Shown: piece after piece, positions 49,246 to 59,667 of the stretch | Layout of the letters: the number at the start of each line of letters is the position of its first letter | Position numbering within the stretch: position 1 is the stretch's first letter | Source of the DNA: Akkermansiaceae bacterium | GTDB taxonomy: Bacteria > Verrucomicrobiota > Verrucomicrobiia > Verrucomicrobiales > Akkermansiaceae | Direction of reading: 5' to 3' | Length of the DNA stretch: 64,000 bases | NCBI GenBank assembly: GCA_051251915.1 | Contig: JBPOGF010000012.1 | Coordinates: forward strand, 64,001 to 128,000 | Program-made: the position numbers and the translations under genes | Notes under the pieces: generated by a model | Database searches by the model: none | What the model was told of the DNA's origin: nothing | The model's input: only the letters and a program-made list of their open reading frames with translations

Positions 49246-50442
49246 TTAAATCACCCCTAAATCTTTCCCCGCTTTAATAAATGCTTCTATCCCCTTATCA
49301 AGTTGCTCCCTCGTGTGGGCTGCACTGATCTGAGTGCGTATTCTAGCTGTATTATGCGGCACTACTGGATAAAAGAAACCAATCGCATACACTCCATATT
49401 CCAACAGTTTCTCAGAGAACTTCTGCGAAAGCGCAGCATCTCCTAGCATTACCGGCGAGATAGGATGATCATCTCCGGCTATCGTGAAGCCCGTAGATGC
49501 CATATTGGAGCGGAAATACTCAGTGTTCTCCTTCACCCTGTCTGCATACTCAGTAGACTCCTCTAACATCTCAAACACCTCCATAGATGCCGCCGCGATG
49601 ACTGGCGCCACCGAGTTAGAAAAGAGATACGGCCTTGAACGCTGACGCAGCAAATCCACTATCTCTTTCTTACCAGAGGTATAACCACCTGACGCACCCC
49701 CCAGCGCCTTACCTAACGTCCCCGTAGTGAGATCTATTTTGCCAAACAACCCACAATGCTCATGCGTCCCTCTGCCGCGCTCACCTAAAAATCCCGTAGA
49801 ATGGCAGTCATCGAAATGCACGATCGCATTGTATTTCTCAGCCAACGCATGAACCTTATCCAGTTGACAAATAATCCCATCCATCGAGAAAACCCCATCA
49901 GTAGTAATTAGCTTAAACCTTGCCCCGGCCTCATCCGCCTCTTTCAACTTCACCTCTAGGTCCTCCATATCATTATTCGCATAGCGAAAACGCTTCGCCT
50001 TACACAGACGAACCCCATCAATGATAGAAGCGTGATTTAAGCTGTCAGAAATAACAGCGTCCTCCGCCGTAAGCAACACCTCAAATAATCCTCCATTAGC
50101 ATCAAAACATGATGGATACAAAATTGTATCCTCAGTACCTAAATAATGAGAAATCTTCTCCTCTAACTCACGGTGAAGCGTCTGAGTTCCACAAATAAAA
50201 CGCACTGAAGCCATCCCAAATCCCCACTTCTTAGCAGCAGCAGAGGCAGCTTCTACCACCCTAGGGTGATCGGCCAACCCAAGGTAATTATTAGCACACA
50301 TATTAATGACCTCACTACCATCTTGTAGCGTGACGGTGGAATTCTGACTGGATGCTATATAACGCTCGCTCTTGAACAGCCCAGCGTTTTTGATTTCAGA
50401 AATAGTAGAACTTAAATGGTCTTGAAAAGCTGTCGGATACAT
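49246..50442 (-). CDS. kbl: Glycine C-acetyltransferase (2-amino-3-ketobutyrate CoA ligase)
   Basis: [45 protein letters not shown] 50442 preferred over TTG 50454. Confidence 0.96.
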   Translation of the reverse strand: MYPTAFQDHLSSTISEIKNAGLFKSERYIASSQNSTVTLQDGSEVINMCANNYLGLADHPRVVEAASAAAKKWGFGMASVRFICGTQTLHRELEEKISHYLGTEDTILYPSCFDANGGLFEVLLTAEDAVISDSLNHASIIDGVRLCKAKRFRYANNDMEDLEVKLKEADEAGARFKLITTDGVFSMDGIICQLDKVHALAEKYNAIVHFDDCHSTGFLGERGRGTHEHCGLFGKIDLTTGTLGKALGGASGGYTSGKKEIVDLLRQRSRPYLFSNSVAPVIAAASMEVFEMLEESTEYADRVKENTEYFRSNMASTGFTIAGDDHPISPVMLGDAALSQKFSEKLLEYGVYAIGFFYPVVPHNTARIRTQISAAHTREQLDKGIEAFIKAGKDLGVI

Positions 50443-50541
50443 AACCGCAGTCAATCTAGTTTACCATCGCCTGTGAAGCCGAAACTAACAAATTATCTAC
50501 TTATTAATAGCCCATTAGTAGAGCTAATTAAGATGATGATT

Positions 50542-51936
50542 CTACTTTGTAGGAGGAAGAACCAAGATAGCATTCGTCATACTAAATGCCTTCCCCGCAT
50601 CCATACTCTTCTTCGCATGCCCTTCACCCCAAGAATCAGAATAAATAAGTTCTTTCTTCTCCTCATTATACCCGATAATCAGACGCATATGCCCACCATT
50701 TGCTTGCGGAAGGCCTGGCTCAGGGAACAGCCCTAATTTCAAACACCAACCTACGGGAATTCCCTGATCAATGTATTCCTCAATCTTATTCTGGAACCTC
50801 GAAAACGAGTTTTTCTGCATCATCACTTCTCGGAAAGTTTCCGGATCGCATTTCTGAGTAAAGTAATCGAAGCTAATATACTGCTTACTAGAAACCCGAG
50901 TATATTCCTTCTCCCCCGCAAACGGAATCCCCTTTTTCCCTGTCTTCTTAGCCAACTGTTGATAAGAATTAACATCACGCATCATCTCCTTAATTCCACT
51001 GACAAGCTGCTTACTATACGGATCATCATCACTCAAACCTTTAGGATACTCATATAAAATATTCACCCTTGAGTTAAGACTACCTGTCACCTTCTTCAAT
51101 GACCCCACCATCTCACGAAGCGAAGTTCCCCCTCCAGCACTAGAACCAGCTAGCTGAGCTATTTCATGCTGATCTGTTGTTCTCCCATAATACTGATAAA
51201 TCCTAGCCGCAGAAGCACAAGCACAATAACCCTTTTTACCCTGATCAACCATAGGAATATTATCAATGTAAACATCACCAGTTTTTTTATCACGCACCAC
51301 ATTTTTCCTCAACGAAGTTCGATCTGCAGTAGCCTCTCCCTGTTTAGCCGTCTTGTTTGACATCAACCTAAATCTCAAAAACTCTGGTTGAACTCTACCT
51401 GAACTCGATTTTTCAAGCCTATATGATGTTCCCTCAGTCTCCCAAGTAAACCGTGTTAAATCCACAGTACCCTTATTCTCTTCCACTCTAGGCTGCATAG
51501 CCAACTTCTCTGAAATACGCTGCTCCAATTCACTAGCCAGACGATTAAACACAGCGATCGTTGTCGGGCCATTATCACCTTTGTTATAAAAAGAAATCGA
51601 GATCCCCTTCAACTCTTTACCTTCGTTCGATATGATTACAGTTTCACCCGCTGGCACATCCAACATTTTAAACCCAGTCCCCACTGAACGAAGGCCTTTT
51701 TGGGCTGATGACTGCCACTCAAAACCAAACCTCTTATTCTCCGGGGCTTTCTCAAAGTCAGCAATCGTAGTATCCCACAGATCTTGGTCGAAAATAAACG
51801 ATGATATATCCTTAGCGCTAATAACTTTTTTAGCAACAGGCTTCCTAACCTTCTTCTTTCTTTTTTTTTGCGCATCTGCAACACCACAAAATAAAACTCC
51901 CGTGATACTCACACTGACTATAACCCATCTTTTCAT
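50542..51936 (-). CDS. Exported protein with C-terminal C39-like cysteine peptidase domain
   Basis: Signal peptide; DQG.KGYC, GGHMRLIIGY, YSDSWG. Confidence 0.8.
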   Translation of the reverse strand: MKRWVIVSVSITGVLFCGVADAQKKRKKKVRKPVAKKVISAKDISSFIFDQDLWDTTIADFEKAPENKRFGFEWQSSAQKGLRSVGTGFKMLDVPAGETVIISNEGKELKGISISFYNKGDNGPTTIAVFNRLASELEQRISEKLAMQPRVEENKGTVDLTRFTWETEGTSYRLEKSSSGRVQPEFLRFRLMSNKTAKQGEATADRTSLRKNVVRDKKTGDVYIDNIPMVDQGKKGYCACASAARIYQYYGRTTDQHEIAQLAGSSAGGGTSLREMVGSLKKVTGSLNSRVNILYEYPKGLSDDDPYSKQLVSGIKEMMRDVNSYQQLAKKTGKKGIPFAGEKEYTRVSSKQYISFDYFTQKCDPETFREVMMQKNSFSRFQNKIEEYIDQGIPVGWCLKLGLFPEPGLPQANGGHMRLIIGYNEEKKELIYSDSWGEGHAKKSMDAGKAFSMTNAILVLPPTK

Positions 51937-52065
51937 ACAAATAACCTACAGATAAAATAGTGGATATCAAACAACTATTTAAACAAAGAAATTAATATTG
52001 AACGAAAACCAAATATCCATGTCTGAGCTCTTTAAGAAACAAGGAATGAATGCTCAACGTAACAC

Positions 52066-52091
52066 CCAGTTGTGACACATATCACAACTGG
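52066..52091. promoter_or_regulatory. 26-bp palindrome containing TGTGA-N6-TCACA (CRP/FNR- or Rex-like operator)
   Basis: CCAGTTGTGA-CACATA-TCACAACTGG. Confidence 0.7.
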
Positions 52092-52109
52092 ATGATATAT
52101 ATTTTAATT

Positions 52110-52251
52110 CATGTTTTTATTCATAAGTTATTTGATCTTTGTGTGTGATCAAAAGCAGGTTTTCCTCAAGTCACGGAAAACATAAGTTGTTCCCTCCCAG
52201 CCCAAGAAAGGGTAGGTCGTAGAATTACTAACTACGATCTACCTTATCTTT
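52110..52251 (+). ncRNA. Candidate sRNA (5' end estimated)
   Basis: -10-like TATATT at 52098; hairpins TTTGATC/GATCAAA and GTTTTCC/GGAAAAC; TCCCTCCC single strand; 12-bp terminator-like stem. Confidence 0.45.
52211..52251. terminator. Terminator hairpin (sRNA candidate and/or SMUG1 gene)
   Basis: GGTAGGTCGTAG/CTACGATCTACC + TTATCTTT. Confidence 0.75.
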
Positions 52252-52977
52252 CTACCAAACCCCTTGCTCTTTCAATTGTTTAGTCGCAGCTTCCGCCCAT
52301 CCTCGATTAGCCGCTGGTGACGCTGGCGATGGATGTAGAACCCTTCCTATCTTACCTTTATAGTCAGGCATATACTCCTTAATTGTTGCTTTAAACTGCT
52401 TCTCAGCAAAGGCTCCAACACCGATAAGGAACTCCGGTTGCATCGCATTAATTTGCTGAGCCAAATGCCACCTGCAAGCAGCATCCACAGGCTCCATCTC
52501 AGAACGCGACAATTTATCAGGGGTAATATTTTTCCCAGTCTCACCCATCCATACCAACGGACAGAAATTCGTAACAAAATGATCAGCAAAGAAGTCACAA
52601 GCATTGGGATAGAGCTCAGAAAACAAACCCCACAAACGCTTTCCACTAACCTCAGATCGAGGACAGCCAAACCCTTGAATTGGTCGCTTAGGATGCTCGT
52701 TCTCAGGTGCTGCCACTAAGGAACTAATCCCCATCCAATCAGATACCGCCGATATTTCACCAAATGGCACACCTGTCTGCGCCATCCCCCACGGGCCAGG
52801 ATTCATCCCCAAGAACAACACCCGCTTCTTACCTTGACCAAATCTCTCTAGGTATATTTGATGCGGCTCCCAAGCGTAAACCAAAGGGTTGTAAGTATGC
52901 GTCACTGGCTCGGAGAAGCGCAAACCGCTAAGCTTACTGATCAATCTCTTGGCTACACGCTGAAGTTGTTCTGACAT
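52252..52977 (-). CDS. SMUG1-like uracil-DNA glycosylase (UDG family 3)
   Basis: GMNPGPWGMAQTGVPFG, RSEVSG.RLW, HPSP; start moved to ATG 52977. Confidence 0.92.
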   Translation of the reverse strand: MSEQLQRVAKRLISKLSGLRFSEPVTHTYNPLVYAWEPHQIYLERFGQGKKRVLFLGMNPGPWGMAQTGVPFGEISAVSDWMGISSLVAAPENEHPKRPIQGFGCPRSEVSGKRLWGLFSELYPNACDFFADHFVTNFCPLVWMGETGKNITPDKLSRSEMEPVDAACRWHLAQQINAMQPEFLIGVGAFAEKQFKATIKEYMPDYKGKIGRVLHPSPASPAANRGWAEAATKQLKEQGVW

Positions 52978-53136
52978 ACCCAAAATCATGCTATACTTCA
53001 ACCCACCATAGCACGTACAAAATTCCCCACATCCAATAACGCCACTTCAAATATTACTAAATTTAAAACAGACCAACACTCCGCCTCTACCATTTTCCTC
53101 CATCACTTCGCACTTGCATTTTCTATGAGCTAAGGC

Positions 53137-53697
53137 ATGAGTAGTCCTATGCATCAAGAAATCATACTCGAGCGCGAAGTCGAAGCGGTTCAAATCCCTA
53201 GTGGTGACGCCATCACCCTACCTCAAGGCACCCCAGTGATGATCACTCAGACACTCGGTGGCACCTACACAGTTGCTACCCAAGCTGGATTAGCCAGAAT
53301 CTCATCCAAGGATATTGATGCGCTAGGCATCGACCCAAATGAACAAGCTGAGAAATCTGCTCAGTCTGAAGCTCTCAAAGATGCCCCCCTAGAAGACCAA
53401 GTCTGGGCCTCACTCAAAGAAGTGTATGATCCTGAAATCCCAGTTGACATCGTTAACCTAGGCCTAGTCTATGATTGCATTCTAGAAGAAAACGATGCAG
53501 GTAAAACCACAGTAAATGTAAAAATGACACTCACCGCACCTGGCTGCGGTATGGGTCCAGTCATCGCTGCAGACGCTCAGTCACGCATCATGACCATCGA
53601 AGGCATCGAAGACGCCAGCGTTGATCTAGTCTGGGATCCAGTCTGGAACCAAGACATGATCACGGAAGAAGGCAGAATGAAACTAGGAATGGTTTAA
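53137..53697 (+). CDS. sufT: Fe-S cluster assembly protein SufT (DUF59)
   Basis: ITQTLGG.YTV, DPEIPVDIVNLGLVY, TLTAPGCGMG, WDP.W. Confidence 0.9.
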   Translation: MSSPMHQEIILEREVEAVQIPSGDAITLPQGTPVMITQTLGGTYTVATQAGLARISSKDIDALGIDPNEQAEKSAQSEALKDAPLEDQVWASLKEVYDPEIPVDIVNLGLVYDCILEENDAGKTTVNVKMTLTAPGCGMGPVIAADAQSRIMTIEGIEDASVDLVWDPVWNQDMITEEGRMKLGMV

Positions 53698-53718
53698 TTC
53701 CGCTCCTTCCTCCCTCAT

Positions 53719-55029
53719 CTACCCCCCCACATGCACCATTCCTGCAACTGTCGCAGAGAGTAAGCTTGCCAGCGTACCCGCAATCAAAGCTTTCATACCC
53801 AGAGCCGCGATCATTGATTTACGCTCAGGTGCCAATACTCCTATCCCCCCCAACTGAATACCAATTGAAGAAAAATTGGCGAAGCCACACAACGCAAACG
53901 TCGACAAGAAGACATTGCGTGAAGAAATCGTCCCCGCATCCTTCATCTGACCAAGCTCCATGAAAGCGAAAAATTCATTTGAAACCATCTTCATCCCCAA
54001 GAGCTTGCCTATGCTAAGCAACTCTCCAGAAGCCCCTATCAGCCACGCGATAGGAGCAAAAACATATCCTAAGATAGCCCCCAAACTCAGCGACGTAAAC
54101 TGACCATCACTTGCTGACGCTATCGCTGTATTCAGATTTCCATCCTCAGATCCGATTACCCCAACCCAATTTCCCAATCCGTAATCAATCATCGCTATCA
54201 ACGCCACGAAAACGATCAACATCGCCCCGATGTTCAACGCCAGCTTCAGCCCCTCGCTTGTCCCGTTCGCTATACTCTCCAGCATGTTCGACCCCACCTT
54301 CTCCTTGCTCACCTTTAGGTCTCTATCCACCTCCCCCATCTCAGGCTCCATAATCTTGGCCAAAGCCAGAGCAGCCGGTGCATTCATCAGCGACGCACAA
54401 AGTAATATCTTCGCAAACTCCTTCTTACCCTCTGGATCATCTCCACCTAAAATAGCAATGTAAGCCACCATGACCGCTCCTGCTATAGTCGCCATCCCCC
54501 CAGTCATCAACGCCATTATTTCAGAACGAGACATCTTATTAATATACGGCTTGATCATCAGCGGAGCCTCAGTCTGACCTAAAAACACATTAGCGGCCAT
54601 CGCCAAACTCTCCGCTCCAGACAACTTCATAGCCCTGCTCATCACCCACGCCAATCCCTTCACTACCCATTGTAAGACACCTAAATAGTAAAGTAATGAA
54701 GTAAGAGCCGAGAAAAATATCACGGTCGGCAAGATCTGAAAGGCAAACACAAACCCTACCCCATCACCACTCGCTAGACTCCCAAACACAAATTCAGATC
54801 CCACTTTCGTGAAATCAGACACTTGTGAAAAAAAGCCACCAATATAAGTAAACACAATCGCCACGGATTTAAAATTAAGCACCAAGATCGCAATCAAGAA
54901 CTGTAGCGTCAAGCCAGCCCCAACAATCCTCCAATTAATAGATTTTCGGTGACTGCTCAGCGCCCAAGCAATGAATAGAAAAACTAGAATTCCTGGCACC
55001 CCACGCACTACATTTTCAAGCCAACTCAT
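53719..55029 (-). CDS. nupC: CNT-family Na+/H+:nucleoside transporter
   Basis: FLGQTEAPL, GMATIAG, NEF, FALCGFANFSSIGIQ.GG. Confidence 0.93.
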   Translation of the reverse strand: MSWLENVVRGVPGILVFLFIAWALSSHRKSINWRIVGAGLTLQFLIAILVLNFKSVAIVFTYIGGFFSQVSDFTKVGSEFVFGSLASGDGVGFVFAFQILPTVIFFSALTSLLYYLGVLQWVVKGLAWVMSRAMKLSGAESLAMAANVFLGQTEAPLMIKPYINKMSRSEIMALMTGGMATIAGAVMVAYIAILGGDDPEGKKEFAKILLCASLMNAPAALALAKIMEPEMGEVDRDLKVSKEKVGSNMLESIANGTSEGLKLALNIGAMLIVFVALIAMIDYGLGNWVGVIGSEDGNLNTAIASASDGQFTSLSLGAILGYVFAPIAWLIGASGELLSIGKLLGMKMVSNEFFAFMELGQMKDAGTISSRNVFLSTFALCGFANFSSIGIQLGGIGVLAPERKSMIAALGMKALIAGTLASLLSATVAGMVHVGG

Positions 55030-55111
55030 AGAACTTATTTTATTATCATTTCATCACCTATCTGGCAAGTTCTCCCTTGTATCAATCTAGGTACACTTTA
55101 TAAATGTCTCC

Positions 55112-55732
55112 ATGATCAGAATTCTTAACCATCCCGTCATTAACTCTAAGATCACACAGCTACGTTGCGAGTCTACCAAGCCAGCAGAGTTCAGGAGACT
55201 TACCCAAGAAATATCCATGATGATGGTTCCCTCCGTCACTGACAGATTCACCACCGTCGACATAGAAGTCCAGACTCCCATTGAAAAGGCACTCTTCCCT
55301 ACCCTTGCCATGCCCATCGTCCTAGTTCCTATTCTAAGAGCTGGGCTAGGTTTAATCGAAGGCTTCCACGCCGCACTACCAGAAGCCTCAGTCGCCCACA
55401 TCGGCATGGCTCGAAATGAGGAAACCCTACAACCTGAAACTTATTACCTCAACGCTCCTCAAGAACTAGCCAGCGCCGAGGTCATCGTCCTAGACCCCAT
55501 GCTCGCGACCGGTGGATCAGCCATCGCCACAGTCAATGAACTCAAAAAAAAGAACGCAAAGAAAATCACCTTTGTAGGCCTTCTCTCTGCACCTGAAGGA
55601 ACTCGAGCCCTACATGAGGCACACCCAGACATAGATATCATCATCGCAACTCAAGACCGCGAATTAAATGCACAAGGCTACATTTGCCCAGGTCTAGGAG
55701 ATGCCGGAGATCGCATTTTCGGCACAATTTAG
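55112..55732 (+). CDS. upp: Uracil phosphoribosyltransferase
   Basis: PILRAG, RNEETL, DPMLATGGS, YI.PGLGDAGDR.FGT. Confidence 0.97.
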   Translation: MIRILNHPVINSKITQLRCESTKPAEFRRLTQEISMMMVPSVTDRFTTVDIEVQTPIEKALFPTLAMPIVLVPILRAGLGLIEGFHAALPEASVAHIGMARNEETLQPETYYLNAPQELASAEVIVLDPMLATGGSAIATVNELKKKNAKKITFVGLLSAPEGTRALHEAHPDIDIIIATQDRELNAQGYICPGLGDAGDRIFGTI

Positions 55733-55866
55733 GCGTTTTTATTAAAATACTCACTCCCAAACTGCTAAATTCACCTCATTTATATCAAATGTTCACTTTT
55801 TTTAAAACTTTGTGAAATATATTATTTGATTATATTAATGAAATATGCTAACCCTACTCATACTTC

Positions 55867-56700
55867 ATGAGAAGAACCCCCAATAGTTATAAAGTTCCCA
55901 CTACGCACACAAAGACCAGCAAGCCTATTTGCCATGTGATCGTAGTGCTTTTACTATCTTTATCTTTCTCTAATCTTTCTAAGGCTCAGACATTTTGGCT
56001 CATGGTTCACGATGAAATAAATGTGGCTAACCGAGCTGCTAACTCTCAGAAATTCGTCAGCGCTAGAAACATTATCGCATCCACCAGCCGCGATCAAAAG
56101 AACCCAACTGAGTGGAGAAATAACATCACAGCCACCGTTTTTTGGGTCGGAGAAGACGCTTGTGAAGCCAACCCTGTGCACAATTACGCAAGCTCATGGG
56201 ATGTCAATTGGATGAAATCTTATGGAGGCGTCGATTGCCCCATCAACCGTGTAGGTCTCCGCCCTAAAAAATTTCAGCCTAAGATGAACCCATTCTACAT
56301 CGCTCTTCCATATAACGACATTGCTCGAAATGGCTCTTCCCACAAAGAAGAAGCCCCAAAAGTAATCAGTTGGTATCACGAAGAATACAAAAGCAAATTT
56401 GAGTCAGTTTGTAAGGGTAAGTGGATTGCCATCAAACATGGTAACAAAATCTGCTACGCCCAATGGGAAGACTGCGGGCCATTTTACACCAATGATTACG
56501 AATATGTCTTCCTCGGAAAGCAACCCAAGAAAAACCGCAACAACAATGCCGGTATCGACCTCAGCCCAGCAGTCCGTGATTTCCTCGGTGTCCGCAGTGG
56601 CCAAAAAGTCTCCTGGAAGTTCGTAGATGACCTAGACGTTCAGAGCGGACCTTGGGCCAAATGGCTCCCCTATCAAGGCATCCTCTCAAAGTATCCATAG
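55867..56700 (+). CDS. Exported protein, possible double-psi beta-barrel (RlpA/expansin-like) fold
   Basis: Hydrophobic leader; ATVFW, FYIALP, AQWEDCGP, IDLSPA. Confidence 0.6.
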   Translation: MRRTPNSYKVPTTHTKTSKPICHVIVVLLLSLSFSNLSKAQTFWLMVHDEINVANRAANSQKFVSARNIIASTSRDQKNPTEWRNNITATVFWVGEDACEANPVHNYASSWDVNWMKSYGGVDCPINRVGLRPKKFQPKMNPFYIALPYNDIARNGSSHKEEAPKVISWYHEEYKSKFESVCKGKWIAIKHGNKICYAQWEDCGPFYTNDYEYVFLGKQPKKNRNNNAGIDLSPAVRDFLGVRSGQKVSWKFVDDLDVQSGPWAKWLPYQGILSKYP

Positions 56701-56869
56701 TGGCCTAGTGATTGTGAAAGTTACTTGAGCACATGATAAATAAAATTGAGATCACTGGTGCTAAGATTTTGTGTTTAGTCAAAGCTCTGCGAAGGAGCAA
56801 ATAAGTCTCTATGACTGATCAGCTACGCTGCAAATCCAAGTCTTTAAAACAATTCCAGTAGCTACAATT

Positions 56870-57472
56870 TTACTTAATGTGCTCTAATTCAGCCGCCACT
56901 TTAGCGATAGCCCTTGGATACAACTCATGCTCTTGAACCTGGATTCTCTCATGGAGACTTCCAGCTGTATCATCAGCTAAAACAGGCACCTTCGCCTGAA
57001 GAATGATCGGACCAGTATCCATCCCTGCATCCACATGATGCACTGTACAGCCACTCTCAGTAGCTCCATCATCAACAGCCTGCTTCCAAGCCATGAGCCC
57101 TGGGTAAGCAGGTAAAATAGATGGGTGGATATTTAGAATTCGACCCGGAAATACATCTAGTAGTGGCTGCTTCACCAAACGCATGAAACCAGCTAGACAG
57201 ACAATATCTACCCCTGCATGTTTGAGCATCGCAGCCACGGCAGCCTGACTATCATCAGGAAACTTTGTCTTGAAACCACCACAATCGATCACTTCCGCGC
57301 GCAAGCCTGCATTCCTAGCTCGCTCTAATATATAAGCATCAGGAAAATCTGACATCACTAAGACAATCTCAGCATTCAGATCTCCGACCTCAATAGCATC
57401 CATAATAGCCTGCATATTTGAACCTGAACCAGAACCCAAAACTCCTAATTTTATTATCTTTAAATCTTGCAT
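56870..57472 (-). CDS. purN: Phosphoribosylglycinamide formyltransferase
   Basis: SGSGSNMQA, LAGFMR, LNIHPS, GCTVH.V..GMDTGPII. Confidence 0.96.
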   Translation of the reverse strand: MQDLKIIKLGVLGSGSGSNMQAIMDAIEVGDLNAEIVLVMSDFPDAYILERARNAGLRAEVIDCGGFKTKFPDDSQAAVAAMLKHAGVDIVCLAGFMRLVKQPLLDVFPGRILNIHPSILPAYPGLMAWKQAVDDGATESGCTVHHVDAGMDTGPIILQAKVPVLADDTAGSLHERIQVQEHELYPRAIAKVAAELEHIK

Positions 57473-57486
57473 TGCTCTACTTCAGC

Positions 57487-59667
57487 TTAATTTGTGTTTT
57501 CTGCCTGCGCTAACTTCTTAGCCAGCTTTTTCGAGCGGTTCTGCTCCATCACCACCAAGGCCATCGCCATTCCAACCATCATGATCAGAAACTCCATACC
57601 ATAGAAAACCCAGATATTAGTCATCGCCTTAGCACTTGTGAAACCATAGTTGTGCAGCCCCACTCCAAGGAAATTCACATGCCACCATGAGAACACAATC
57701 ACCATAAAACCGAAAACACTACAAACGTGCGTGCCTATCTCTCTGATGTATCCACCTAATCGAGCATGAAGTATCACCAGCATCCAGATCACGATGAGTA
57801 GTGCACCATTTTCTTTAGGATCCCAGCCCCAGAATCTCCCCCATGAGTCAGCCGCCCATATACCACCAAGAATAGTTCCTATCAGACTGAACAGCAGAGT
57901 AAACGCCACCATCCCGTAAACAATCTTCGTCAAGTAAAGTCTAGTCTCCTTATCATCGATGACGCCAAAGACTCTACCAATAATATAAAAGTGAGAAATA
58001 CAAGCCGCCACAATGCCGCCCATATATCCTAGCGTGATCATTACCACGTGAGTCGATAGCCAATAATTAGACTTCAGCACCGCAACCAAAGGATCCATCT
58101 GATCACGCGCATCACTAATCTCAAAACTCTTCGCCAAGAACAGCACAGCCACTCCAAAACAAATCGCCACACCTAGTAGAATCCCTTTCTTATGAATCCA
58201 TTCTATCATTAAGAGCAACAGCAAGCCCGCTCCCACAATAAATGGCATCGTATCGTAAAGTGTGCCAATCGGCGACCGATCCATAATCCATGAACGATGC
58301 ACAATACCCGCCACAGTAAACAAGCAAGCCAAGGCCGTAAGTCCATAAACAAACCAGTAAATGATCTGACTAAGTCTAGTCCCAATACAAAGACACATCA
58401 CAATCAACAAAATCCCAGCAAACAAAAGAATTGCGATTCCGTTGTTAAAGTAACTCATCTTGTTAAGCAAAATCTCACCAGTAATATGCCCCCCCTCATC
58501 ACCGAAATGCACATGATTCTCATACTTCTTCTTAAACGCGCTTACTGCATCCAGCTGCTTCCCAGCATCACCAGAGGTAAATGCATTTTGCAGCTTCTCC
58601 AGCGCTATCGCCTCATCCATCACCACCTCAGGGAACCGCGTATTATTCTTAAAGCCCTCTAGTTCATTTTCATAACGAGGAAGCCTCTCCGTATAAGCCT
58701 GAAAAAGGGGTAAATAATCATCAAAAAATCCATCCACACTATCTGCAGTAAGCGCCCCATGCTTTTCTTTCAGAGCCGCTACCTGACTCGCATAAAATTG
58801 ATATACCTCCATATTAGCCTTCGCCACAGGAGCAAATCTTGATCCCACCGAGGACCACGCCTCTTCCCCTGGAGTAGGATTAATGATCAATTTAGAAAAT
58901 TCTCCAAAATCACTGATCCCACTCATCAGAATAGCATCAGCCACTATCTTGCCATCCAGCACACCGATAACCTGCATTTTATCATTACCCGCCTGCTTCA
59001 CCATCTCAAGTTGGTTCTCAGCTCGGTTACTCGCAAAGAAGCTCTCTAGATCAGGAAACCCTGAAGCCTTCTTCAACTCCTCATCAAGAATGAAAGGATT
59101 TTTAAGCCCGTGATACGTTTGCAGAAGTCTCGCAAATGCATACATCTGCTCCTGCTCAGAAGAGAGACTCTTCTCACCAGCCTTACCTATCTGTTTGTGA
59201 ATCGCCTCATACGCATTCTGTAACTCAGTGAGGTGAGGCTTGATCTGGTCAAAACTATACCGGTCTCTTAGCGACTGCACATCCATCCCAACCTGCTCCA
59301 AGATATCTGAGTTATCCACTCGGAAACTTGGTAAATGATCTGCCATCTCCGGACGGAACATCACATCCATCAGCCACTCAGTAGGGGTAAGCTTTTCCTT
59401 CTTACCCTCTAACAAAATCTTCATCCCCCGGTCACCATGCATCGCATACATATACCGCCTAGCAAGCGTCTGAAATGGCTTTATTCTTCCACCATCCTGC
59501 ACTGGCAAACTACGCATTTCCTCCACCACGCGCTCGTCCCACTTCGTATAACCACCCACATCCTTCGGCGGTGACTTCACGATGAGACTCTTTATCCCCA
59601 TCCCCGCCACAGCGAGGATAACTAGCATGGTCAACGAGAACCCTAAAACCCTAACTTTCTTGTTCAT
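57487..59667 (-). CDS. ccsA: Cytochrome c biogenesis system II CcsA with large periplasmic domain
   Basis: PVQDGGRIKP, L.SNYWLSTHV, WAADSWGRFWGWDPKE (WWD), GLHNY. Confidence 0.92.
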   Translation of the reverse strand: MNKKVRVLGFSLTMLVILAVAGMGIKSLIVKSPPKDVGGYTKWDERVVEEMRSLPVQDGGRIKPFQTLARRYMYAMHGDRGMKILLEGKKEKLTPTEWLMDVMFRPEMADHLPSFRVDNSDILEQVGMDVQSLRDRYSFDQIKPHLTELQNAYEAIHKQIGKAGEKSLSSEQEQMYAFARLLQTYHGLKNPFILDEELKKASGFPDLESFFASNRAENQLEMVKQAGNDKMQVIGVLDGKIVADAILMSGISDFGEFSKLIINPTPGEEAWSSVGSRFAPVAKANMEVYQFYASQVAALKEKHGALTADSVDGFFDDYLPLFQAYTERLPRYENELEGFKNNTRFPEVVMDEAIALEKLQNAFTSGDAGKQLDAVSAFKKKYENHVHFGDEGGHITGEILLNKMSYFNNGIAILLFAGILLIVMCLCIGTRLSQIIYWFVYGLTALACLFTVAGIVHRSWIMDRSPIGTLYDTMPFIVGAGLLLLLMIEWIHKKGILLGVAICFGVAVLFLAKSFEISDARDQMDPLVAVLKSNYWLSTHVVMITLGYMGGIVAACISHFYIIGRVFGVIDDKETRLYLTKIVYGMVAFTLLFSLIGTILGGIWAADSWGRFWGWDPKENGALLIVIWMLVILHARLGGYIREIGTHVCSVFGFMVIVFSWWHVNFLGVGLHNYGFTSAKAMTNIWVFYGMEFLIMMVGMAMALVVMEQNRSKKLAKKLAQAENTN

